Part shown: in pieces, positions 9,502 to 18,513 of the stretch
How the letters are laid out: every line of letters starts with the position of its first letter
Position numbering within the stretch: the stretch's first letter is position 1
Assembly (NCBI GenBank): GCA_029261055.1
Contig: JAJDCA010000015.1
Span: 83,998 to 147,997, forward strand
DNA: 64,000 nucleotides
Source of the DNA: Candidatus Omnitrophota bacterium
Lineage (GTDB): Bacteria; Omnitrophota; Gorgyraeia; Zapsychrales; Zapsychraceae
Reading direction: 5' to 3'
Notes under the pieces: generated by a model
What the model was told of the DNA's origin: nothing
Databases searched by the model: none
Seen by the model: the letters and a program-made list of their open reading frames with translations, nothing else
Position numbers and translations under genes: made by a program

Positions 9502-11742
9502 ATGATATTTTTAAGCATATGGCTCATATCTATCATTGTCACCATGGTTATTGCGGATAAAAGGAATGCGAATGTTGTGGTGTATTTTTTTCTTTCTGTT
9601 TTTTTTGGGCCTTTGGCATTGCTTATTCTTTTGATTGAGGCTGGTTTTTCTAAAAAATCAAAAATATCAGAAGGTGTTTTTGATGTCGAAAGTACTAGGA
9701 GAGAGATTGAGGGGTTCAGAAATCATATTCAACAATTACAACGCAAGATAACGCAGTTGGAGTTAAAGCTTAATAAAATAAGTGGAGAAGATGAAAAAGA
9801 AAGTGTCGAAAAATTAAGACCAAAAGATATTCAGAAATGTGTTAATCAGGCTAAGACGGCAGAGGGGCGTACTGGACAAAAAGTTGCCTCTAAAAAGCGG
9901 GAAGTTTCGGGTGATATTGAATCGAGGTTGGGACGGTTTTGGCTTAATAAATTGGGTATCGTTATTTTTACTCTCGGGATGGGGTTTTTGATTAGGTACA
10001 CCTTTAAGTACACGCCGCCTTTTTTGAAAATTCTTTTTGGGTATATTGTGAGTGCAGCGATGTTTGTTTTTGGAAACAAAATATCTAAGAAAGAAGGATT
10101 TCGGCAATTTGGATATGCCTTATTAGGCGGTGGCTGGGCCTTAACGTATTTTACGACTTATGCGATGCATCATTTTGAGGCATCCCGGATTATTGAAAGT
10201 CAGTGGGTGGATATTGGTCTTTTAGGTATTGTTATCTTGGGCATGTTTAAACATGCTTTGAAATTTAAATCCGAGGCGGTGATCGCTATGGCGCTGTTTG
10301 TGGCTTTTGTCACAACCACGATTGGACACATCACGCCTTTTACGCTTATTTCATTGATATTATTGTCAGCTGTTGTTTTGGTTTTGGTGTACAAGTTTAA
10401 GTGGACGAATATCCTTTTTCTTGGCATAGGTTTAACCTACCTCATTCATTATTTTTGGGTTATTCCAAACAGCCCTCAGCAGGGGAGTCATTTAAATTTT
10501 GCTTTTTTGTGTATGTATGGGTTTAGTTATTTTCTTGGGACACACATAATCAAAATTCCTTCACGAGGTGCTAAACATATTTCGGAACGGTTATCCGCAG
10601 CCAATGTAGGCAATTTTGTTTTCTTTAGTATGATCGGGTATCCCCTCATGACAAAATTGTTTTTTACGCAGAGGTTTTTGATTGTTCTCGCTGTAGGGGC
10701 TGTTTATTTAGCCGCCGCTTTTTGGATGAAACAGAGGAAGAGTCAAAATATTTTTGTCAGCGATGTGGTAATCGGTATTTTAGCCATCACGATGGCCATT
10801 CCTTTAAAATTTGATTATTCGACGACCCTTTTGTTGTGGTTGGTGGAAATACCATTTTTACTTTACGCCGGATTTCATTTTCGGCAGAGTGTTTATCGAT
10901 ATCTTAGTTATGCGGTGACCGTGGTTCAAGTTGGCCGGTTTGTTTTTGAATGCGCGAGTAGCCACATAACGGTACGGATGAGTTTTCTGGGAATGACGTT
11001 AAGCTGGGTTGAATTTATGCTTTTATCAGCGGCTATTGCGTTTGCGGTGTGTTCTTACATCGGGCAAAAATTTAAAATAGAAAAGGTGGCTACGGAGGAA
11101 GATAATTTTTTTAATCATGTCTTTTCTGCGCTTTCGTGGATTAGCCTAACGGCATGGATATGGTCCGTTGCATATGATCACTGGCTGACGTTTCATTTGT
11201 CTTTGGAAGCGGTTCTTATTTTTGGCATCGGCATGCTGTTTTCGTTGAAACGGTTTTATGTGTATGCGTATTGTTTATTGGTGACTGCTTTGGGGCTCTT
11301 TATAGTTGTCAACGATTTTCCCACAACGTTTGGACTTAAATGGATGGTTTTGGTTTTTGAGGCGTGCAGCTATTTTCTGATTTATGTTTTGTCTAAGTAC
11401 GTCATCCCAAGAATCAAGAGCAGCAAGGTACCGGAAAATGAATATCATGCCGTTTTTATTGGTGGGTTAATTTTTTTGGCGTACGGTATTTTTAAGTATG
11501 TTTTTGCCGGCTGGATATCTTTGGTATTAGGCATTACAGGTGTTCTTTTTAATCTTGTAGGATTGTTAGCAAGGGATAAACCCGCTAGAATAGGCGGTTT
11601 AGTTTTTTTAGGAATAACATTACTACGCGTTTTTCTAGTCGATTTATCTCAGATGGATATTGTAATTAAAATTATTAGTTTTATGGTTTTAGGAGTGCTA
11701 TTTGTAGGCGTATCGTTTCTTTACAATAAGTATTCTAAATAA
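9502..11742 (+). CDS. Large polytopic membrane protein (DUF2339-like) with an N-terminal TM, a coiled-coil segment and about 20 predicted TM helices
   Basis: 746 aa. The run of hydrophobic segments is interrupted by a coiled-coil segment (...QQLQRKITQLELKLNKISGE...) at residues 70-140. The RFWLNKLGIVIFTLG motif resembles DUF2339. Confidence 0.55.
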   Translation: MIFLSIWLISIIVTMVIADKRNANVVVYFFLSVFFGPLALLILLIEAGFSKKSKISEGVFDVESTRREIEGFRNHIQQLQRKITQLELKLNKISGEDEKESVEKLRPKDIQKCVNQAKTAEGRTGQKVASKKREVSGDIESRLGRFWLNKLGIVIFTLGMGFLIRYTFKYTPPFLKILFGYIVSAAMFVFGNKISKKEGFRQFGYALLGGGWALTYFTTYAMHHFEASRIIESQWVDIGLLGIVILGMFKHALKFKSEAVIAMALFVAFVTTTIGHITPFTLISLILLSAVVLVLVYKFKWTNILFLGIGLTYLIHYFWVIPNSPQQGSHLNFAFLCMYGFSYFLGTHIIKIPSRGAKHISERLSAANVGNFVFFSMIGYPLMTKLFFTQRFLIVLAVGAVYLAAAFWMKQRKSQNIFVSDVVIGILAITMAIPLKFDYSTTLLLWLVEIPFLLYAGFHFRQSVYRYLSYAVTVVQVGRFVFECASSHITVRMSFLGMTLSWVEFMLLSAAIAFAVCSYIGQKFKIEKVATEEDNFFNHVFSALSWISLTAWIWSVAYDHWLTFHLSLEAVLIFGIGMLFSLKRFYVYAYCLLVTALGLFIVVNDFPTTFGLKWMVLVFEACSYFLIYVLSKYVIPRIKSSKVPENEYHAVFIGGLIFLAYGIFKYVFAGWISLVLGITGVLFNLVGLLARDKPARIGGLVFLGITLLRVFLVDLSQMDIVIKIISFMVLGVLFVGVSFLYNKYSK

Positions 11743-11750
11743 AAAATAAA

Positions 11751-11884
11751 AGACAAAGAAGTAAGAAGTAAAGAGGCCAGAGGCAGAGCCTCAAAGAGGC
11801 AAGATGCAGAGAAGTAAAAAGGTAAGGTGCAGAGAAATAGGATATAAAGTTATTTTTTTCTTTGCTTCTTACTTCTTTATCTCT
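11751..11884. repeat. Structured intergenic element: imperfect roughly 24-bp inverted repeat (AGACAAAGAAGTAAGAAGTAAAGAG / CTTTGCTTCTTACTTCTTTATCTC) enclosing reiterated GAGGCA / GCAGAG motifs and a T-tract
   Basis: Seen in the sequence. It fills the 171-nt gap between the DUF2339 gene and the small-ORF operon. Confidence 0.4.
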
Positions 11885-11913
11885 ATGCCTCTCTTACACA
11901 AGGAGATAATGCT

Positions 11914-12177
11914 ATGTCAAATTTGAGGGAAATATTTCATGAAATAGGTAATTGGCACAATAAAATAAGTATTGTGGCCGGTGTGACAAGAGATATATTG
12001 ACAGGCGAGGATATAGATGCCTTATCAAAAGATGAAATAAAAGAAAAAATTACAAAAATGGTTGATGGATTTAAGAAGATCGAAGATTATGTAATCAACA
12101 CGGATAAGACAATGAGCCATTTGAAGGCTTTTGTTTACAAACAATTAGATCCTGATGCAGAATGCAAGGCGGATTGA
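11914..12177 (+). CDS. Small acidic hypothetical protein (87 aa)
   Basis: Strong RBS (AAGGAGA, 7 nt spacer). I recognise no domain. It heads a three-gene + strand module. Confidence 0.45.
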   Translation: MSNLREIFHEIGNWHNKISIVAGVTRDILTGEDIDALSKDEIKEKITKMVDGFKKIEDYVINTDKTMSHLKAFVYKQLDPDAECKAD

Positions 12178-12186
12178 GGTAATAGG

Positions 12187-12408
12187 ATGTTTAGTTTTTA
12201 TGTTGTCGTATTTGGAATACTTTGCCTGATGCTATTGCTGCGTTCTAGCATAAGTTTGAAAGGCAAAGTTATTGGATTAGTAATAATAACTTCGGTTTTA
12301 TTATGGGTTGAAAAAACCCAATGGTGCACCTCATTAGCCTGGCGCGTGTGGTCGATGTTAAAATACTACGTAGCCCTTGCCGTTTATCATCTCAAGAATT
12401 TCCTATAA
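12187..12408 (+). CDS. Small hydrophobic (2-TM) hypothetical membrane protein (73 aa)
   Basis: GAGGT RBS 6 nt upstream. It starts 9 nt after the previous stop. Two hydrophobic helices. Confidence 0.4.
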   Translation: MFSFYVVVFGILCLMLLLRSSISLKGKVIGLVIITSVLLWVEKTQWCTSLAWRVWSMLKYYVALAVYHLKNFL

Positions 12409-12489
12409 AATACCCTCGCCAGTCATTTTTGATTTTCATATGTTATACTTCTTAATGAATATATATTAATATTAGAAGAAGTAATTATT

Positions 12490-14739
12490 ATGTTAAAAAG
12501 ACGACACAATCTATTGTTCCGTTTGATGGCTGTATTTGTGATAGGGGCGTTTTCGTTAAACCTTATCATACTGCCCGCACAATCTTACGCGCAGAGCCGG
12601 TCTTCTGCCAATCTACCTGTTCCTGGGACGATGATTCATCCGAGCGAGCCTTTTTCACCTGTCTTAATCAAAGGGGTAAAGGTCTTTTCAGATAATCCTT
12701 TTCGGTTTGATTTTATTGTTAATCCTGGAGATGATGATTTAGAAGGGGATGCTTTGAAGGAAGAGTCGAATCGATTAATTAAATATTTTTTGGCCTCGTT
12801 AACAATTCCAGAGAAGGATATGTGGGTGAATCTTTCGCCGTATGAGGCTGATCGGATTATTCCGGGAAAGTTTGGTGAAACAGAGATGGGGCGTGATATG
12901 TTAGCGCAAGATTACATTTTGAAACAATTGACAGCATCTTTGATGTACCCGGAAGGGGAGATCGGCGAAAAATTTTGGGAACGTGTGTACGCAGAGGCGT
13001 ACGAAAAATATGGTATTACAGATATTCCAGTTGATACATTCCATAAAGTGTGGATTTTGCCAGCCAAAGCTGTGGTGTATGAAAATGCAGAAAATAACAC
13101 GGCGTTTGTGATGGAGAGTCGATTGAAGGTGATGCTGGAGGAGGACTATTTGGCGATGGCGAATAATATGAATCGTAGGGGTTTGATTCATCAAACCCAA
13201 GACAAGGGCATGATAAATCATGCCCCTACGACAACCATCCTTCGCGAAATTATCCTCCCCGAAATCGAACGCGAAGTCAACGAAGGCAAACACTTCGCCC
13301 CTTTACGCCAAATCTATCATTCCCTTATCCTCGCCACATGGTTCAAACGCAATTTACAAGAAAGCCTTTTAGGCCAGGGATATGTCGGTAAGAATAAAGT
13401 CGAAGGCGTCAATATCGAAGACAAAAATGCCAAAGAAAAAATTTATCAACAGTATGTCGATGCCTTTAAAAAGGGCGTCTATGATTTAATCCGAGAAGAG
13501 TATGATCCTAATACCCAAGAAATTGTGCCACGTAAGTATTTTTCGGGGGGAATTGTGACGAATTTGAATGTGGGGGAGGTTTATGAGAGTCAAAAAGAGA
13601 ATTTTGATGTGGCGATGATGAATGATTCTAAGAAATTAATACAAGTAATTACAAATTTTATTAAATTAAATGAAGAGGATTTAATTTACAAAAATTTTCC
13701 TCTTGAAACAGGGCTTAATTTTGGAAAGATATCAAAATTAATTTCGGAGAAGGCTCATCAAACATTTCTTGATAACCACAAGAATGAGTTTGAATCTATG
13801 GGGTTTACAAATTTAAGACTTCGAGATGATATAGATAAAATGAAAGGAAAATCCGGGGCATATTTTTTTCGAGCAAAAGATAAGGAAAAGAAAGAAGTTA
13901 TGATTCGTATAGGAAATGGGATATTCCCCATTATTCACTTATTTAAAGGAAAGAAATCTCATCCTAATATTATGCAGGTTTATAAAAATGGAGAGCTAAA
14001 GGATGGACAGGGATTTATTGTCTTAGAATTTATAGAAGGAGAGAATCTTTCAGATTTTATTCAGAGAAAAGATCATATTACAGGTGAGGAGATTAAACGT
14101 GTTTTTTATCAACTTCTTTCTGCGCTTGAATATTTTATTCTTAATGACATTATATTTTCTGATTTTAAACCTGATAATATTAGAATTTCCAAAGATAAAA
14201 AGCAGGTTACTGTTATTGATTTTCATTCCGCAAAGAGTATGTATGATAAAGAATTTCAGAAGGATATTCAATTAGAACAGCCATTAGTGTTTATGAGTCG
14301 TGTAATTTTTAAATTAACACAACAATCTGTAAAAAATAATAGTGAATTGATTGAAATAAGAAAAGTAATAAATAGCATTCATGAATATTCTCAATATTTG
14401 GAAGAAAAAAATAAATTTGGAAATATCGAAGAAAAAAAAGATGTGTTTTTAGGTCGAATAAATATGTTTAAAGAATATGTCTCTGATCAAGCATCTCTTG
14501 TGAATAATGATCCGCTTGGTGGTATTGACTTTAATCCGCAGGACTTAGCTATTGAGACGCAGGGGGATGGGGTGCGTATGGGGTTAGGATTGAATAGTGT
14601 TCCTTGTGAGGAAGAGGGTGCAGATAGCTCTAAGCCCTGTCAGCGTTGGGATCCTCAGGTATTGGAGAGGTCGACAGGTTTAAGTCCTGTTATTTTGAAT
14701 GTTGTTCCGCTGGATGATTTATCTGCTTTCCTTAATTAA
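12490..14739 (+). CDS. Sec-exported 749-aa protein with an unknown N-terminal domain and a C-terminal degenerate protein-kinase-like (Hanks-type) domain
   Basis: Signal peptide (KRR...AQSYA). It carries kinase-like subdomain strings: HPNIMQVY; FIVLEFIEGENLSDFI; YQLLSALEYF...IIFSDFKPDNI (compare HRDLKPEN); VTVIDFH (compare DFG). There are marked compositional shifts within the gene. Confidence 0.6.
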   Translation: MLKRRHNLLFRLMAVFVIGAFSLNLIILPAQSYAQSRSSANLPVPGTMIHPSEPFSPVLIKGVKVFSDNPFRFDFIVNPGDDDLEGDALKEESNRLIKYFLASLTIPEKDMWVNLSPYEADRIIPGKFGETEMGRDMLAQDYILKQLTASLMYPEGEIGEKFWERVYAEAYEKYGITDIPVDTFHKVWILPAKAVVYENAENNTAFVMESRLKVMLEEDYLAMANNMNRRGLIHQTQDKGMINHAPTTTILREIILPEIEREVNEGKHFAPLRQIYHSLILATWFKRNLQESLLGQGYVGKNKVEGVNIEDKNAKEKIYQQYVDAFKKGVYDLIREEYDPNTQEIVPRKYFSGGIVTNLNVGEVYESQKENFDVAMMNDSKKLIQVITNFIKLNEEDLIYKNFPLETGLNFGKISKLISEKAHQTFLDNHKNEFESMGFTNLRLRDDIDKMKGKSGAYFFRAKDKEKKEVMIRIGNGIFPIIHLFKGKKSHPNIMQVYKNGELKDGQGFIVLEFIEGENLSDFIQRKDHITGEEIKRVFYQLLSALEYFILNDIIFSDFKPDNIRISKDKKQVTVIDFHSAKSMYDKEFQKDIQLEQPLVFMSRVIFKLTQQSVKNNSELIEIRKVINSIHEYSQYLEEKNKFGNIEEKKDVFLGRINMFKEYVSDQASLVNNDPLGGIDFNPQDLAIETQGDGVRMGLGLNSVPCEEEGADSSKPCQRWDPQVLERSTGLSPVILNVVPLDDLSAFLN

Positions 14740-14799
14740 GAGATTGGCCAAAAAAATGTTCTGCCAATCTCCAAAGCGGCTTTAATTCCCCGAGGTGGT

Positions 14800-15075
14800 T
14801 TATTCCATGAGTTTTTTGATAGCGTCTTTTTTTTCTTCGGGAAGGCATTTGTGGGAAGGAGGGGAGTCTTTTTCTAGGGCGGAGGTATATTGACCAAAAA
14901 TTTTATGAAAGCCGCGGAGTTGGCGGCGGTATTTGATGCACATTCGGCACATTATTAAATGTACATTGAGTTTTATGGTTTCACCGAAGGTTAGCTTTTC
15001 CTCAAGGCTTTTGGAAATCAATTCCGTGGCAATTCTACACGATGTAATATCTTTTAATTTCATGCTTTTATCCAA
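14800..15075 (-). CDS. Anti-sigma factor, zinc-binding ZAS type (RsrA/ChrR-like), soluble
   Basis: HxxxCxxC motif (HLIMCRMC) plus additional Cys residues. It overlaps the 3' end of the ECF sigma gene by 16 nt. Confidence 0.6.
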   Translation of the reverse strand: MDKSMKLKDITSCRIATELISKSLEEKLTFGETIKLNVHLIMCRMCIKYRRQLRGFHKIFGQYTSALEKDSPPSHKCLPEEKKDAIKKLME

Positions 15076-15647
15076 TGGGTATCAATGCAGTCCCTTAATA
15101 GGGAACGGGCGCGGTGGAGTAGTACGTAAAGGTTAGACGTCGTTATTCCCAGAATATTACAAATTTCTTTAACATTCATATGCTCAACTTCACGCATGGT
15201 GAATGCTTGAGCCCCTACAGCAGCGAGTTTTCCCAGGCACATCTCAAAAATTTTCCAGAATTCTTTTTTCTCTAGAAGTTCGTTTGGATTAGGAATCCAA
15301 TTGGACGGGCTTTTTTTGTGGCATTCTCGTTGCGCCATTTTAAATAAATGATCCACCGATAAATCGTCTATGTTGATTTGTTCTGATGAACGTGTTTTGT
15401 ATTTTGCCCGCAGAAAATCCATAATTTTATTTTTGAGAATACTGATCAACCAGGAAAATTCTGAGGCTTCACCACGGTATTGTTCACGTGCTTTAAAGGC
15501 GGAAAGAAATGTTTCCTGCACGAGGTCTTGAGCCACTTCGACTTTATTAATGCGTGATAAAGCGTAACGATAAAGGCGGTCGCCGTATAAATCCACCCAT
15601 TGTTTGGCATCCTGTGAAGAGTATTTTTTTGGAGAATTGTCTGTCAT
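15060..15647 (-). CDS. ECF (group IV) RNA polymerase sigma-70 factor
   Basis: Region 2 (DLVQETFLSAFKA...) and a region 4 HTH (ICNILGITTSNLYVLLHRARSLLR). Confidence 0.85.
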   Translation of the reverse strand: MTDNSPKKYSSQDAKQWVDLYGDRLYRYALSRINKVEVAQDLVQETFLSAFKAREQYRGEASEFSWLISILKNKIMDFLRAKYKTRSSEQINIDDLSVDHLFKMAQRECHKKSPSNWIPNPNELLEKKEFWKIFEMCLGKLAAVGAQAFTMREVEHMNVKEICNILGITTSNLYVLLHRARSLLRDCIDTHWIKA

Positions 15648-15655
15648 GATATTTC

Positions 15656-15725
15656 ATACCAAATCCATTAAATAATTGTACTATCTTTAGCAAGGATTTT
15701 GGTCATTATTTAATGGATTTGGTAT
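15656..15725. promoter_or_regulatory. Perfect 21-bp inverted repeat (ATACCAAATCCATTAAATAAT ... ATTATTTAATGGATTTGGTAT) with a 28-nt spacer, immediately upstream of the ECF sigma start codon in the divergent sigma/luxR region
   Basis: Seen in the sequence. The left arm starts 9 nt from the sigma ATG. Confidence 0.45.
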
Positions 15726-15836
15726 CATTATAGTCAATTTTCTGAAAATTGGAAAATTTTTGTAAGAAAAAGGTTAGTTTTGCGTCTTCCCATTAAGAGA
15801 TTGTCCAAAAACAACTTGGACAACTCCTAAACACAA

Positions 15837-16217
15837 ATGAAAATGATGGGAGGAACAATGAAGAAACAACAAAGATTTGAAGAACACGTTAACGCCAATA
15901 TTAAGAATATTCTATTACCGCTTGTTGAGAAATTAATACTGCGATATGGGCAAGGCAAGGATTTGTTGCAGTTAAAAAAGGAGATTGAAAATATTGTCTC
16001 ATCTTATGGGATCACAATATCAGACCCAGCCTTCAGATTAACACGTAGAGAAATAGAAATTTGTAATATGATCCGAAATGGATTGACAACAAAGCAGATT
16101 GCCGATTTAATAAATATTTCGCCTATCACGGTCGAAAGGCATCGGAACAACATTCGAAAGAAATTTGGTATAAATAATGAAAAAGAAGTATTATCTGATT
16201 ATCTGCGAAGACTTTAG
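15837..16217 (+). CDS. LuxR/GerE-family HTH transcriptional regulator
   Basis: C-terminal HTH: LTRREIEICNMIRNGLTTKQIADLINISPITVERHRNNIRKK. Confidence 0.8.
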   Translation: MKMMGGTMKKQQRFEEHVNANIKNILLPLVEKLILRYGQGKDLLQLKKEIENIVSSYGITISDPAFRLTRREIEICNMIRNGLTTKQIADLINISPITVERHRNNIRKKFGINNEKEVLSDYLRRL

Positions 16218-16317
16218 TGCATGTTTTTTACAGGTTGTTAGGTTTTATATTTGTTGATATACTAAATTTTTTATAATCCTAAATATTTGGAAAATAATGA
16301 GTTAAAAGAATAAAGAT

Positions 16318-17445
16318 ATGTCTGCACATTTTCAAAGAAATGATATTGATTCAAATTCTTCTGTTTTCAAAATCAGCGGTGTTTTGAATTCAAAATCGGT
16401 GGGGCCGGTCTGGCGTCAAGCCATGCTTGCTTTAGATGATAATCCTCCTAAGAATCTCACTATCGATACTTCTGAGGTTGAGTATTGTGACGGGGCGGGG
16501 ATAGGATTGTTTATTGAGTTGAACCGGCGTCAAAATGAGAAGAAATTTGGTTTTGAAATTGTTGGTTTGAAAGAAGAGTTTCAGCGTTTATTGAATGTTT
16601 TTGATACAGGAAAAGGCATACAAAAGTTAAAAGGTCCAGAAAAGCAAGAAGACGGCCTATTTGTAAACTGGGGCAAGAGTTTTTGCAGCCTTTTGAAGCA
16701 GTTATCTGAAGAGATTATTTTTATCGGATCGCTTTCCTGTGCCATGATTCAGGCGATAAGATCACCTAAAAAGAAAATTCGTTGGAAAGATATGTGGGGG
16801 GCCGTTATCGAAGGCGGAATCGGCGCGCTACCGATTGTTGTCTTAATCAATTTCTTAGTAGGCCTTATTATGGCTTTTCAGGCGGCCATTCCGATGAAAC
16901 AGTTTGGAGCGGATATTTTTGTGGCTGATTTGGTGTCCTTATCTATTTTAAGGGAATTGGGCCCACTTATGACGGCGATTGTATTAGCGGGACGCACCGG
17001 TTCGGCTTTTGCTGCTGAATTGGGAACAATGAAAGTTAATGAAGAAATTGATGCGCTGCATACCATGGGGCTTAATCCGATTAACTTTCTTGTCATCAAT
17101 CGTGTTTTTGCCGTTATTATTTTTATGCCGATCTTAACACTTTTTGCTGATTTAGCCGGATTAATGGGGGGGTCGGTTGTTTTTACATCATTCGGCTATC
17201 CGATGATCACATATTTTAATCAAATCATAAATGCCGTTCAGTTGCACGATTTTCTGGGTGGATTTGTAAAATCATTTGCGTTTGCTTTAATTATAGCCTC
17301 TGTCGGATGTCTTAAAGGTTTAGAAACAAAAACAGGCGCAAGCGCCGTAGGAAAGTCTGCCACCAATGCCGTTGTGACCGGACTAATCCTTATTATTTTA
17401 ACCGATGGAATATTTTCCATCATTTATTATTTTTTAGGAATTTAA
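16318..17445 (+). CDS. mlaE: STAS-domain (MlaB-like) fused to the MlaE/YrbE ABC permease
   Basis: The N-terminal roughly 110 aa form a STAS/anti-sigma-antagonist fold. The C-terminal permease has the conserved MlaE core (LGPLMTAIVLAGRTGSAFAAELGTMKVNEEIDAL). Confidence 0.8.
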   Translation: MSAHFQRNDIDSNSSVFKISGVLNSKSVGPVWRQAMLALDDNPPKNLTIDTSEVEYCDGAGIGLFIELNRRQNEKKFGFEIVGLKEEFQRLLNVFDTGKGIQKLKGPEKQEDGLFVNWGKSFCSLLKQLSEEIIFIGSLSCAMIQAIRSPKKKIRWKDMWGAVIEGGIGALPIVVLINFLVGLIMAFQAAIPMKQFGADIFVADLVSLSILRELGPLMTAIVLAGRTGSAFAAELGTMKVNEEIDALHTMGLNPINFLVINRVFAVIIFMPILTLFADLAGLMGGSVVFTSFGYPMITYFNQIINAVQLHDFLGGFVKSFAFALIIASVGCLKGLETKTGASAVGKSATNAVVTGLILIILTDGIFSIIYYFLGI

Positions 17446-17453
17446 TGAGACAC

Positions 17454-17708
17454 GAAATCGCTTTCGAGAAAAGATTAACGCATTCGGCTCAGAAGAGATC
17501 TCCTTCTGGTCGATCTCTAATTCGTCTCATGCCTCAATCTTTTCTCTACGCGATTACGGCGCTTAATTTATAAAGTATCGGTCAACCCGTCTTATCAAGA
17601 GGTTGTGTTAAAGCCTGCAGGCGAATTGGAGGCCGAGCAGAACGAGGTCTCCTCTGAGCCGGAAGGTTTTAACACAACCTCCAATAGACGGGTTGACTTG
17701 AAAGTGTC
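17454..17708. repeat. Structured GC-rich intergenic repeat, copy A (about 255 bp), with a long nested hairpin GTCAACCCGTCT...AGACGGGTTGAC
   Basis: It shares its 5' module (GAAATCGCTTTCGAG.AAAGATTAACGCATTCGGCTCAGA), a CGCGATTACG core, and the terminal hairpin plus the TTGAAAGT tail with copy B. Confidence 0.6.
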
Positions 17709-17736
17709 TTTTAATTTTGACGCTATGGTTTAAATT

Positions 17737-18513
17737 ATGACTGAAAAGAAAAAAATTATTGAAGCTCGGAATATGAGTGTTGGGTATGGGGATACTGTTA
17801 TTCTTAAGGAAGTAACATTTCACGTCAATGAAGGGGAGATATTTATTATTCTTGGCGGGTCCGGTTGTGGGAAGAGTACTTTGTTAAAGAATCTTATTGG
17901 GCTTTATGACATTATTTCCGGGGATGCTTTGATTGATGGGCAGAATATTGGTAAAGCAGAAGGTCAGGAGTTGGTGAATATATTTAATAAAATTGGTGTT
18001 AGTTATCAAAGTGGGGCTTTATTTGGGTCTATGACTTTATTGGAAAATGTTATGCTTCCTTTAGAAGAGTTTACCGATCTTCCCCAAGATGCACGAGAGA
18101 TGATTGCGGCTATGAAGTTGCGGTTGGTTAATTTGGAAGGGTTTGAACATTTTATGCCATCTGAAATTTCCGGAGGGATGCAGAAGAGGGCGGCCATTGC
18201 CAGGTCCATGGCATTAGATCCACAAATTATATTTTTGGATGAGCCGTCAGCCGGGTTGGATCCGATAACATCGGCAGAGTTAGACCAATTGATTATGCGG
18301 TTAGCCAAGAATTTAGGCATTACTTTTGTTATTGTTACGCATGAGTTGGATAGTGTTTTTACCATTGCAGATCGATGTATTTTTTTAGATAAAGTATCCA
18401 AAGGGATTATTGCGGAAGGTCATCCGAAAGAATTGAAAGAACATTCAAAGGTAGACTTTGTTAAACGATTTTTTAATAGAGAAGTTGAAACAAATCAAAA
18501 GGAAAAAATATGA
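17737..18513 (+). CDS. mlaF: MlaF-like ABC transporter ATP-binding protein
   Basis: Walker A GGSGCGKST, signature LSGGMQKR, Walker B IIFLDEP. Confidence 0.85.
   Translation: MTEKKKIIEARNMSVGYGDTVILKEVTFHVNEGEIFIILGGSGCGKSTLLKNLIGLYDIISGDALIDGQNIGKAEGQELVNIFNKIGVSYQSGALFGSMTLLENVMLPLEEFTDLPQDAREMIAAMKLRLVNLEGFEHFMPSEISGGMQKRAAIARSMALDPQIIFLDEPSAGLDPITSAELDQLIMRLAKNLGITFVIVTHELDSVFTIADRCIFLDKVSKGIIAEGHPKELKEHSKVDFVKRFFNREVETNQKEKI

Noticed and set aside
12901-13293. 130-codon His/Cys-rich minus-strand ORF inside the exported kinase-like gene
   Set aside because: It lies antisense to the better-supported + strand ORF, in the GC-richer N-terminal segment where spurious ORFs are expected. It has no start context.
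15648-15836. Possibility that the 21-bp inverted repeat is a transposon end or MITE
   Set aside because: There is only one pair, with a short 28-nt spacer, no target-site duplication and no similarity to the other repeat family. A regulatory palindrome or 5'-leader hairpin is more parsimonious, though this remains unproven.
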